A stretch of 64,000 bases of DNA from Octopus sinensis (Eukaryota), in the NCBI RefSeq assembly GCF_006345805.1, contig NC_042997.1, positions 199,826,001 through 199,890,000 on the forward strand, given 5' to 3'. Below the pieces are notes generated by a model. The model had not been told where the DNA came from and did not search any database. It saw only the letters and a program-made list of their open reading frames with translations. Below, one piece after another: positions 53,866-64,000 of the stretch (positions are counted from its first letter, which is position 1; every line of letters starts with the position of its first letter). Made by a program: the position numbers and the translations under genes.

Positions 53866-54345
53866 TGATAGATGAGGGAGAAAGACAAGATTAGAGGCGA
53901 AGGACTGTGTGATCGTGTGATCGATTTTCATGAGTGAAAGAATATGTTGTAAGGAAATGCATGAGCTAAGGTTTAAGACGAAAAATCATCGACAGTAAGA
54001 AGAAGAAAATAATAAGGTTTTATGTTGATAATCCTTGCAAAATACAGTGAAAGGATGGGCAAGTCAAAAGCTTAAAAGTATTTTATCTGCTATTTTTCAT
54101 CCTGACAATCATGTTTACAGCCAGGGTATGGAAGTCAATAGAAGGTGTCAAACAGCATGCATTGGTTTATATAGGGTGGAGGGAATTGTGGAGAGGGGGG
54201 AAGTAGGAAGTAGTGCATCTTGGTTAGGCGGGTGGAATCCAAAGAGAGTGAAATATAGACAGAGTGACACTCAAGATAGAGAGAGAGGGAGAGAGAGTGA
54301 GAGACATAGTGAAAAAGATAGGGAAGACACAACACGACAACGAAC
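53866..54345. repeat. Satellite spacer, copy 2 (complete)
   Basis: Colinear with copy 1, with substitutions and a longer GA-rich tract. Confidence 0.9.
54166..54174 (-). promoter_or_regulatory. TATA-like motif (CTATATAAA) in spacer copy 2, facing into the main array
   Basis: Motif and position match copy 1. No functional evidence. Confidence 0.25.
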
Positions 54346-54802
54346 CGCCACGAACTGGGAACCATGGGCTAGGAATTTAAGTGATACAAAAGGCTGATAG
54401 GCAAATAGTGTAGGAATGAAATAGGCAGAGTGATGGCCGCGAACTGGGAAAAATGGGCTAGGAATTTAAGTGACAGAAAAGCCCAATAGATATGCAAATA
54501 TTGTGGGAATTAAATAGACAGGTTGATTGCCGCGAACTGGGAACAAGGGGCTAGGAATTTAAGTGACAGAAAAGACCAATAGATAGGCAAAAAGTGTGGG
54601 AATTAAATAGACAGGTTGATGGACGCGAACTGGGAACAATGGGCTAAGAATTTAAGTGACAGAAAAGACCAATAGATAGGCAAAAAGTGTGGGAATTAAA
54701 TAGACAGGTCGATGGCCGCGAACTGGGAAAAATGGGCTAGGAATTTAAGTGACAGAAACGGCCAATAGATAGGCAAATAGGGTTGAAATAGACAGTGATG
54801 GC

Positions 54803-55061
54803 CAATAGATGAGGGAGAAAGACAAGATTAGAGATGAACGACTGTGTGATCGTGTGATAAATTTTCATGAGTGAAAGAATATGTTGTAAGGAAATGCATG
54901 AGCTACAGTTTAATACGAAAAGACATCAACAGTAAGAAGAAGAAAATAATAAGGGTTTATGTTGATAATACTCGCAAAATACAATGAAAGGAGGGGCAAG
55001 TCGAAAGCTTAAAAATATCTTATCTGCAATTTTTCATCCTGAGAATCTTGTTTACAGCCAG
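54803..55061. repeat. Satellite spacer, copy 3 (truncated at tttacagccag)
   Basis: Matches the first ~260 bp of copies 1 and 2, then unrelated sequence begins. Confidence 0.9.
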
Positions 55062-55859
55062 GTCCCTCTTACTGCTCCTTGAATGCAGTGGGATCAAACA
55101 TAGAAATGAGAAAGTTGTAAAGGAATCATCATATCTGTGCCCAAACTGTGTCTAGAAAAAGCTGAACATGAATGGTAAGGGAACGAAAGTAAATGTTACA
55201 ATTGATTCATTAGTATGGTAATTACCAAAATACAGAAGAGAACATTACCTGACACTGCATACACACAAACATCTTTCCTGTCAAACAAACTAAGCATATA
55301 ACAACTATATTTACATGATAGTGTAGTAAATGTGAGTGAAACTAACAACTGTGAAATCTATAAAATTAAATAATGACAAAAGATATTTCTAAAATTAGGA
55401 CAAGTTCAAAATTTCAGGTAAAATTAACACTTAGATTGACACCAGTATATCACTAGTACAGATATCAATCTAGGAAGGAAGATAAGTGAAGACAACCATA
55501 ATAGGATTTGAGCTCAGAATGTAAGAGGATGTTTAACTAAATACTTTTTTATGTTGGTACTCTACAGGTTCTATGATTCCACCAGTTTGTTTACATGAAC
55601 AATAATAGTAGTAGCGTTTCTGATTCAGATATAAGGTAAACAAGCTCAAGGGGAGGGTATTAGTTAATTTCATTAATTCCAATTTGTGACTGGTACTTTT
55701 TCCTATTGTCCCTACAAGGATGAAAGTCAAAATTAATCTTGATGGGATATGAACTCCCAATGTAAGAGGTCAGAACATAAACTTCAAGATTTTTTTGTTT
55801 TTGTTTTTTTGTCCCAGTGCTTAAACAATGCTGCCAGTCCATTGCCCAATAATCTCTTT

Positions 55860-56072
55860 TACTCTAGGCACAAGGCCCAAAATTTTTGGGAAGGGGTGGG
55901 TGCAATCAATTAGATGACCCCCCAGTACATAACTGATACTTAATTTATCGACCCAAAAAGGTGAAAGGCAAAGTTGACCTCAGTGGAATTTGAACTCAGA
56001 ACATAAAGGGAGATGAAATACCGCTAAGCGTTTCACCTGGCATGCTCGTGTTTCTGCCAGCTTGCTGCCTTA
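55860..56072 (-). mobile_element. Family B SINE variant
   Basis: ggcacaaggcc...aatttatcgaccc..ggtgaaaggcaaagttgacc...ctgccagcttgctgcc. Confidence 0.75.
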
Positions 56073-58347
56073 GTCCATTGCCCAATAATAGCAACAATAA
56101 AATTGCCTTAAGAAAGTAAAAGCTACATTAGTGAAAATTTTACTTCTCAGATGTTACAAGAATAAAAATGAGTTAAAATATATATAAAAAGTTATTCTGC
56201 CACTAAGTAGTTTAAGTGAGTGATGGATAAGTTAAATGTAGATGAACAACCTTTTGAGAAATAAAATATCAAAAGAGAATGAGAAAGTTAGAAGACAAAT
56301 GTTTCCCAAATTTGTCATAATTCTTCTCTTCATTCCAGAGCCTAGGGACCATTTCAAAAGAATTCTAGTGTAGGTAGCGAAGAAAAACATCACATATTGA
56401 TTCATTCTGCAATAAAACATTAACAGAACAATAGCAGCTTAACTTCTTTGAAATCACAACTAAACAATATGTAAAAAGGATATCTTGGATACTGTTGTAC
56501 ATGGGAAGACAGTGTTGGTCGCAGTTGGAATGCCCCCTGTTACAGACCAGCTTCATCACATTAATCTGGACCCAAAGAACCACAACAAAAGCGTACATGA
56601 AAGATGAAATACATTTTCTGTAAAATCTCTTCCTTAATTCTTCACAGTTTAAAAGTAGAATAAGACTTTTTGCATGTGGCGGCATAATGAAAGTGTCTGA
56701 AGATCTAAGTGCTATAATTGGTTACAGTTCTGATTAATTCACTTAATAAATGTTGATATTTGAACTAAGGTTATATTTAATTTAACAAAGTGAATTCTTA
56801 TGTAGTAATTCTTCATAGTAATGTTGTGATAATTTCCTTCATTAATTTTATTTTACTGTCAACAAAAATATTGGTATTAATCTTTAAGTGCAACGATAAA
56901 GCAATCAAGAAACCAAGTATTATTGAAAACTATCGAATTTTACCAAATACTTCAAGCAAGAAGAAATTTGAATACAGAATTCACCAATCATTTTCAAAGA
57001 GAAGTGTAACAACTAACATGGATTATATAAGCATGTAAATTACAAGAGTAAAATGGAATGGTGACTTGAGAAGTAAGGAGAAGTAAGTCAATTTGTAAGA
57101 GAGAGAGGGAGAACAAAGAAATATAACTGCAAGCAGAAATTGTATGAGATTTTTATGAGAATATTGTAGGCCGAATAGCTTGTTCATAACATAAGAGGGC
57201 TATGAAATTTTAAAGTTTTAACTCATAAGTATTTCATGAAGCCAATGAGCATTTAGTCAAGTGAAATGTGCCAGTAGTAAACTGTCACATGCCATGCTAC
57301 TGCATAACATTCCATTTTTATTGCTGATAAGTAGCTAGTATAAAGTTAGCATAAGTGAAGCAAATTATTCTATAGATATGCTACACGGAAAAATTTCTGA
57401 AATAAGTATAAAGGCTTTATTTCAGTTTTCTGAAAATGGATCCATTAAGCTTCATTGTGGTTGGTGAATATGTTTTGGTGTTTCAATGTGTAAGTATACT
57501 GAGAGAATAATACCAGAACTAGACCAGACAGAACTAAAGAAATGTTTTCAATGAAAGTTTGGGTGGTTAGGATTCATAGTTAGCTCATTGTGTTTGTTCA
57601 TTCACGATTTGTAGCCTCAATCACTTTTACAGGAGAAAACAAAGCATTTGACCACATTTGCAATAATAGCCACCTTGTCTTATTGTTGCTAGGATAATCC
57701 AAAAATTAGAACTTAAACATTTCTCTAATATTTGTACTACACAAAGCAATTAGTGAACAATGACTTCATTGATTAGAGGTCTCCTATGAACCAAATACTG
57801 ATTCACTGAATTTCTGAAAGCAACAGTAACAACGGAGCATATGTAATTTGGTGAGAAAAGATCACAAAGTTTTGTTTGACAAGTACTACATTCTGACTGA
57901 TGTTTACATCTTTCCCAATGAAAACTGAAAGATAGAACCACCCTACACAAACACACAAGCATGTATATATGCATGTATGTATGGAGTCTCTCCACACCAT
58001 TTCTAATTACCAAATTTCATGGAGAACACAATGGTCGGCCTGAGTCTCTGCGTCACCTTAGACAAGTATTTTCTGCCAGTGGGATTGATTGTGGAATTAT
58101 GTGGTTGCAAAACAGATGTCTTAACCACACAATAATGCCTGAACTCTGGACTTCACTGTGATATAATAGCTATCTACAAGATAGATTGGAGATAGCAGAT
58201 TTATTATGGCACCACCAATTTTTATGTATCTTTTTCTTTTTGTAACAACTGTTAGGTTTTAAAACATTAACTTAGGGCTTATCTTAAATTCTCTGATAAC
58301 AACATTTCAAGTCAAGAACTATGGACATATCACATTTCAAGTGAAGA

Positions 58348-58465
58348 ACTTACGGCCATATCACATTGAAAGCACCAGATCTCATCCGATCACTGACATT
58401 AAGCAACGTCGAACCTAGTTAGTACTTAGATGGGTGACCACTTGGAAAACCTAGGTGCTATAAGT
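58348..58465 (+). pseudogene. 5S rRNA pseudogene, full length
   Basis: tacggccatatcac.ttgaaa.cacc...ctc.tccgatcac.ga..ttaagcaacgtcg.acc..gttagtactt.gatgggtgacc.c.tgg.aa.acc.ggtgct is colinear with metazoan 5S. Single copy, scattered substitutions, no oligo-T terminator. Confidence 0.88.
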
Positions 58466-58477
58466 GTCATAATTGGT

Positions 58478-58840
58478 GCAGGAGTGGCTGTGTGATAAGT
58501 AGCTTCCTTACCAACCACATGGTTCCAGGTTCAATCCCACTGCATGGCACCTTGGGCAAGTGTCTTCTACTATAGCCTTGGGCCGACCAAAGCCTTGTGA
58601 GTGGAAGAAGCCCATCGTATATATGTATATGTATATATGTGTTTGTGTGTCTGTGTGTCTGTGTTTGTCTCCCCAACATTGCTTGACAACCAATGCTGGT
58701 GTGTTTATGTCCCCGTAACTTAGAGGTTTGGCAAAAGAGACTGATAGAATAAGTACTAGGCTTACAAAGAATAAGTCCTGGGGTCGATTTGCTCAACTAA
58801 AGGTGGTGCTCCAGCATGGCTGCAGTCAAATGACTGAATG
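58478..58840 (+). mobile_element. Family A SINE, near full length, 12 bp downstream of the 5S pseudogene
   Basis: gcaggagtggctgtgtgataag...ccagcatggctgcagtcaaatgactgaa. Confidence 0.85.
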
Positions 58841-60934
58841 AATGCAAGATGAAATCCATGGATGAGATCCTGAGCAACGGTGATAATGCTGATAGAATCT
58901 TTCTAGCATCTCAGTCTTGTGAATGGAAGAATAAACATAGCAAAGTTAGTAAATAAATGCCAGATTCACATAGGATTTGAACCCAATCAACTCAAGATGG
59001 ACTGTTCTGTCCTATACAAAGCAGCTCACAATGACTAACACATGACAAGCAACAATAAAAAGCCAGAAAGAAAAGTAGATCTATAACTGATTGTCTTATT
59101 GCTGTTGTTGGTTTAATTCCAGGAAGTTACTGATGTTGTACAATAGCAGAAGTTTTTCATTAAAAAGTCTGCAAGAATTCCCTTCCAGTTAAATTATTTT
59201 ATAGTTTTCTTCAGCTCAGATAAATTCCTCACATGCTTTGCTTCTCGGCAGCTATTTTCTCAGTATTTGTCAACTATTGTATATTAGATGCTGGAACATA
59301 TCCATTCTTTCTTTCCTTCCAATCTTATTTTCCAGCTGATTACATCTAAAAGGCAATTGCACACTTGAACAAACCGATGTCAATGACCAAAACATTCCTC
59401 CTAATCATAATGCCTGTAAATCTAATACACAAAAGTACGTTTTTTCTTTTACTATTTTCATGATGTCCCATTTTTCTTTTATTTCACTTCTACTCATCAA
59501 CATAATATTCTTGAACTATTCCAAATGTTGCCATTTTCTATTAAATATTTTTCTTTATTGTTCTTGTCTATTTTTATCTATCATGTATATTTTGTGAATC
59601 CAACTGCATCTTCTGCTTAAAGTTATGGAACACAAATAGTAATTATGTTCAATGATGAAAGACAAAATATGAGAAATGATTATGTTTCTTGGGTCTGTAA
59701 GTCCACTGAACTACTTTGCACTAATTTCTCATGAGCAACAACATTTTCAATCTTTAAACTAGTAGATTTATATAGAGAAAACTTGTTTTAAAATATTTAA
59801 GTAATTCAGTCCTTAGCATTCAGACTATCCTTTTATCTCACTCAGTGCTTCTCAAACATTGTTTTTGCTCTTTTTTTTACTTACATTTTCAATGCTACAC
59901 CCTTACAATTCAGCACAAATATACCACTTGTACATATACATACACATGTACATACAAGCCAGGATGCTTATCAATGCTACAGGTGCAGTGACCATCTCTA
60001 TTGCAAGTTTGGAAATACCCACCAATTTGGATAACGTTCTTTAAATAATACATTTGTTTATTGTTTATAATTTTTATGCATAGGCGATATATGTTAAGTA
60101 AGGTTTCTTTATCTTCTTATTCTCATTTCAAAGTCTATTATTTTCAAACATTTCAGGATGTGCAGGGGAAAATAGCTGAGGGCAAAACAGATTAACCCCC
60201 AGGCTGAGTACAAAGACTTACCCAAACACTATAAGACTGTTTACAGATGCAAATATTGTGAGGAGTAGTACTTCATTGGAAAACCAGACAGTAACTGCTA
60301 GTTTGACTGGCACCACAAGCACCAGTATTGGTGATAAAACAAAAGAAAAAAAGTAGTAAGGACAATGTTGCCCTCTGTTGGCATTTTATTTCAATATGAG
60401 AGACAGAAAACATCTTAATGACACTGAAACAGTATTAGATGGGAAATAATTTTTTTGGCTCTTTTACTCAGGGAACCTGGGGTGAGGGTGCTGAGAACAA
60501 TGGCTATCTGGGGTTCAAAGGGTTAAACACAAATAAATACAGTAACTCACAAAGGGAAAACACAAGTATCATTAAATGGTAGAATATTCAAAATAATGAA
60601 TGGCTAAATCAACCCAAACAGAATTTGAACTCAGGTTTCTGTGCTACTGAATCACTCAGTGTATTTACTCTGGCACTCTATCTTTGCATGTCAGATTACA
60701 TTTAGCATGGTTGAAGATGACTTAATATAATAACATTGATTTATTAGTAAGGCATTCAGTTAGCTTTTGTTGGGGACAAGTAATAGACTCTTGAACTAAC
60801 TCTAAGAGCAAAGAAATGAACCACAAAAATCAATCTCTTTTTAGCATAGAAGAATGAAGCTAAACATCTTAAAGTATTTAGTGTTCTACCATTTATAAAC
60901 TCACTGAACCTTGAATACTAATACTGATTTTACA

Positions 60935-61140
60935 TTCTGGCACAAGGCCAGCAATTTGGGGGAAGTGTGTAAGTCAATCACGTTGACCCTAATACTCAAC
61001 TTGTACTTATTTTATTGACCCCGAAAGGATGAAAGGCAAAGTTGATCTCGGTGGAATTTTAACTCAGAACATGAAGACAAGGTGAAGTTCTGCTAAGCTG
61101 TTTGCCTGGCATGCTCACAATTCTGACAGATCACTGCCTT
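60935..61140 (-). mobile_element. Family B SINE variant, decayed
   Basis: ttttattgaccccgaaaggatgaaaggcaaagttga core. Confidence 0.7.
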
Positions 61141-62444
61141 AAACTTTGAATACTAATGTTAATAACGATCATTATCCTCCAATATAAAGACACTTTCTGT
61201 CTCAATTAATGAGGCAATAGAAAATATAAATAAAAAGAAGTAGAACCCATGAAGTTCTATTTGGTCATTTACTATTCTCTTGAAGTATTTATAATTATTA
61301 ATTCTCAGTAAGTAACCACTAGCTTATTAAGCAATGTGAAAGATTTAATAAGGAAAGGGGATGCAAAATTATGATGATGAAGTTAACATGGAATTTATAT
61401 TCTTTCTCTCTTTGCTTGATTTTGTCAATATTTTATAAAACTAGTTAAATTTTAAAGCTAGATACATCAAAATGGAATTCTTAACCTTTCATATGATCTT
61501 TATTAACATTGAAAAACCTTTTATCTCACACATTTTTAGTTTTCAAATATTTATGTTTTCTCCACTTAGAGACTAAAGTATGAAAATACCACAATATGCC
61601 AGTAAGCATTCTAAAAAAATATTAATCTACCATATATCATATTTTTGTCTGAATATAGTCGTGCTTTGATATTCTTTACTTTATTCAAGTTAGCTGGCTG
61701 GTGATATTGACACGGGTTTTTTTTTCTCTTTGTGAGTTATGTTTTTGTATCAATCTATCATGAACTGCAGGTTTCAAGTCCATATCAAGATTAGAATATG
61801 TTAAAAAGATTCATAGAAAACCAAGCACAGAATCACTGCAAGGTTATTCAACCTATAAACTTTTTATAATATCTTTCTACCAACTACACTTTTTATGCTT
61901 TTAAAGGAGATTAGGACAGAGTATCTGTGTATTTTCTTTATGCTTAGTTCTGTAAAAATCTATCGAAGAAAACTTGAAAATATTTTTTTCGGAATTTCAC
62001 TGCAGAATATTTTGAGGAGAGACATTGATACTTAAAACTGAAGTGATTACTAACAGGAACAGTCAAAAGTACAATATAGTTTTATGTCATGAGTAGGCAG
62101 AAAAGTCTAATGTTTCAGGCAGGACTATCAGAAAAATGAAATGCTTCCTTACATTCCTGAATCTTTCTCATGGTAAAAAGTTTATTCCACTGTTCCAATT
62201 TTTTGCTTTACTATTTGCCAACACAGACCATTAGTAGTTTCTTTATATCTCACTGTTTTATTTACAGCCTATAGCTCCAGATGGACAAACCCTTAGCAAT
62301 ACCAGATAAATGTGCTAAAAGGTTGTGCATTAAAGGTTAAAGGTTATAGACAATGTAGGATAGCTTGAAAATTACATTTCATGATCTTAGAGGAAAGCTA
62401 ATGACAGCATATTAAAACATGAGGAAGACTATGAAAATAGGTAT

Positions 62445-62820
62445 AAGCATGGTTATAGAGTAAAAAGCTTCCTTCCTAACCATATGTTTTTGGTTTAGTC
62501 CTACTGTGCAACACTCTGGGGCAAATTTGTATGCTACCTCTAGGCCAATGAAAGCCTTGTGTGTGGATTTGGTATACAGAAAACAAAAGAAGCTCATCAT
62601 GCACACGTGTGTTTATGTGTATCCCTGTCTAAACATTATGTGGTGGTTGTTAATGAGCATCATTATCAGAGTTTGTTCACTTCCAGTCTTCTAGAAATAG
62701 GTCTAGCTCTGAAAAATAGTACTTTGCTGGGAAAGGTACCTGGCCAGAGGAAATTTGCCTCAACAAATCCTGTTTGACAAATGCAAGCATGAGAAACGTG
62801 GACATTAAACAATGAAGTTA
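62445..62820 (+). mobile_element. Family A-related SINE with the alternative tail, decayed
   Basis: aaagccttgtgtgtggatttggta core, tail gcaagcatg..aaacgtggacattaaacaatga. Confidence 0.55.
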
Positions 62821-64000
62821 GAAGAAAATAATGGATTGTCGTTGATACCAGTAACAATGAGTTTTACACCCTAATAGAAATGTTCTTTACCAAAGCATTT
62901 CCTTTGCATAGCCTCCTAACGTACTCTTTCAGTTAAGTCTCCCATAAAACACCATTTTCTGAGAGGAAATCTCACTCTTAAACTTTGAAACTGTTTACAT
63001 ACCCTCAACAAAAAAAAAAAATGAGATTATCTTTGCTAGAACAACTAATACCAAACGAAGGGTTTACAATATCAGCATCACCAAAACCAAAACTAAGCAA
63101 AGCTTTGTTGACAATGGACAGCCCATTGAGAAAAATATTCCTGTCTGACAAAATGAAAGAAACTACAGAAGAACTGAACTTCATTTGCAAAGAAATATGG
63201 GAAGATAAAGAAGTTGTTTGCTAATCAAAATTTCAGTTATGTGGATTAGTCGGATCAGCCTGCAACACACTATACCTTCAATCATCCTGATCTTGTGTCA
63301 AATGTTGTATGAGAAATGTTTACACATTTGACCTCTGGTCTTCCTCAGTCTCAATAACCCTCCATCAAATAACGTAACTCATCATGTACATCCATTTGCC
63401 ACATTTCTACTCTTTCTAAACATAAACCAGTATCTTGAATACACAATGCATCCACTGTTTTTTATTCTAAATCAATACTAACGACTAATGTATATTTTTC
63501 TTTTTTTTTTTTTTTTTGCATATGCTTAGTGGATAAGCAAAATGAAATGAAAGAAAAGAGAAAAAGAATAAGCACACTATCATGAAAATATGACAGTGAT
63601 ATCTTTATCATGGCATGACAATTTCAATGGTTACGTCAGAAAAAACAATAGACAGGTATTTTAGTGTGTATAGCATCTATGATTGTGCAAAAAGAAATAA
63701 AGAAAAATCAAACATTTCTGTAGTTCAGTGATGCAAATGTCATTATTTACTATATATATATATATATATATATATATGTTTATATTACAATTTACCACAA
63801 ACTAATTTTGTGGTTAAAAAGAACAAACTAATTACTTAGTGAATCACCTACCATGTATTATGTTGATTTTGCACTTAGGAGAAAATAAGACAGACAGACA
63901 GACAAAGAACACAGTCCTCAGTATGGATTGACTAGCAACTTAAGGTTAATGACATAACAGATTCAGAAGCAAGATGAATTTACAAATATAAAACATCCTT

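Larger units (their letters stand above)
40622..55062. repeat. Composite 93-bp satellite array, ~140 monomers, 14.4 kb
   Basis: Consensus aggaatttaagcgacagaaaaggctgatagataggcaaatagtgtaggaatgaaatagacagagtgatggccgcgaactgggaaccatgggct. Period measured as 93 (42907 to 43000). Blocks: 40622-40920 (~3 units), 41371-53865 (~134 nominal), 54346-54802 (~5). Confidence 0.97.

Noticed and set aside
40921-54345. Spacer copies 1 and 2 as LTRs of a retroelement
   Set aside because: No TG...CA ends, PBS, PPT or TSD, and monomers plus a third spacer copy lie outside the pair.
41190-54397. The roughly 50 array-derived ORFs as genes
   Set aside because: They arise from the 31-codon period. Frequent frameshifting indels and stops, no splice structure, no recognisable domain.
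40622-55062. Array as a CRISPR-like repeat-spacer locus
   Set aside because: The whole monomer is homologous from unit to unit, there are no unique spacers or cas genes, and the context is eukaryotic.
56232-56685. 106-aa Cys-containing minus-strand ORF
   Set aside because: Non-ATG start, no domain recognised, no convincing splice donor.
681-58840. SINE heads as tRNA genes, and ORFs with YIYIYI/HTHTHT/CVCVCV runs as proteins
   Set aside because: Heads have A/B-box-like motifs but no cloverleaf and continue into SINE bodies. The ORFs are microsatellite translations.
60196-60522. TTAA-flanked segment (TTAA-CCCC...AAAGGG-TTAA) as a piggyBac MITE
   Set aside because: Termini share only CCC, so the TIR match is insufficient.
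62985-63224. 79-aa plus-strand ORF as a gene
   Set aside because: An alternative frame (NISITKTKT...DNGQPIEK) looks like a decayed RTE-type RT fragment. Too weak to call either way.

Overview
AT-rich animal (non-bacterial) DNA, intronic or intergenic. The SINE families and dense (TA)n/(GT)n microsatellites match what I recall from Octopus assemblies; this is recollection, not a search. I found no host protein-coding exon I can support. About 49 kb is a transposon graveyard: three recurring SINE families (my labels A, B, C) plus a fourth tRNA-headed type, an irritans-like D,D34D mariner with intact 37-bp TIRs but a disrupted transposase, two DD37D (maT/Bmmar1-like) remnants, two piggyBac remnants, R4/Dong-like, CR1-like and Tx1/L1-like LINE fragments, a 5S rRNA pseudogene, and several inverted repeats including a 258-bp palindrome. 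The dominant feature is a 14.4-kb composite satellite (40622-55062) of about 140 copies of a 93-bp monomer. It is punctuated by three copies of a ~450-480-bp non-monomer spacer joined at the same monomer phase, with a minus-strand TATA-like motif in both complete copies. The array also shows higher-order repeats, half-monomer crossovers, CpG-decay variants and one two-monomer inversion. Nearly all supplied ORFs are artefacts of microsatellites, SINEs or this array.
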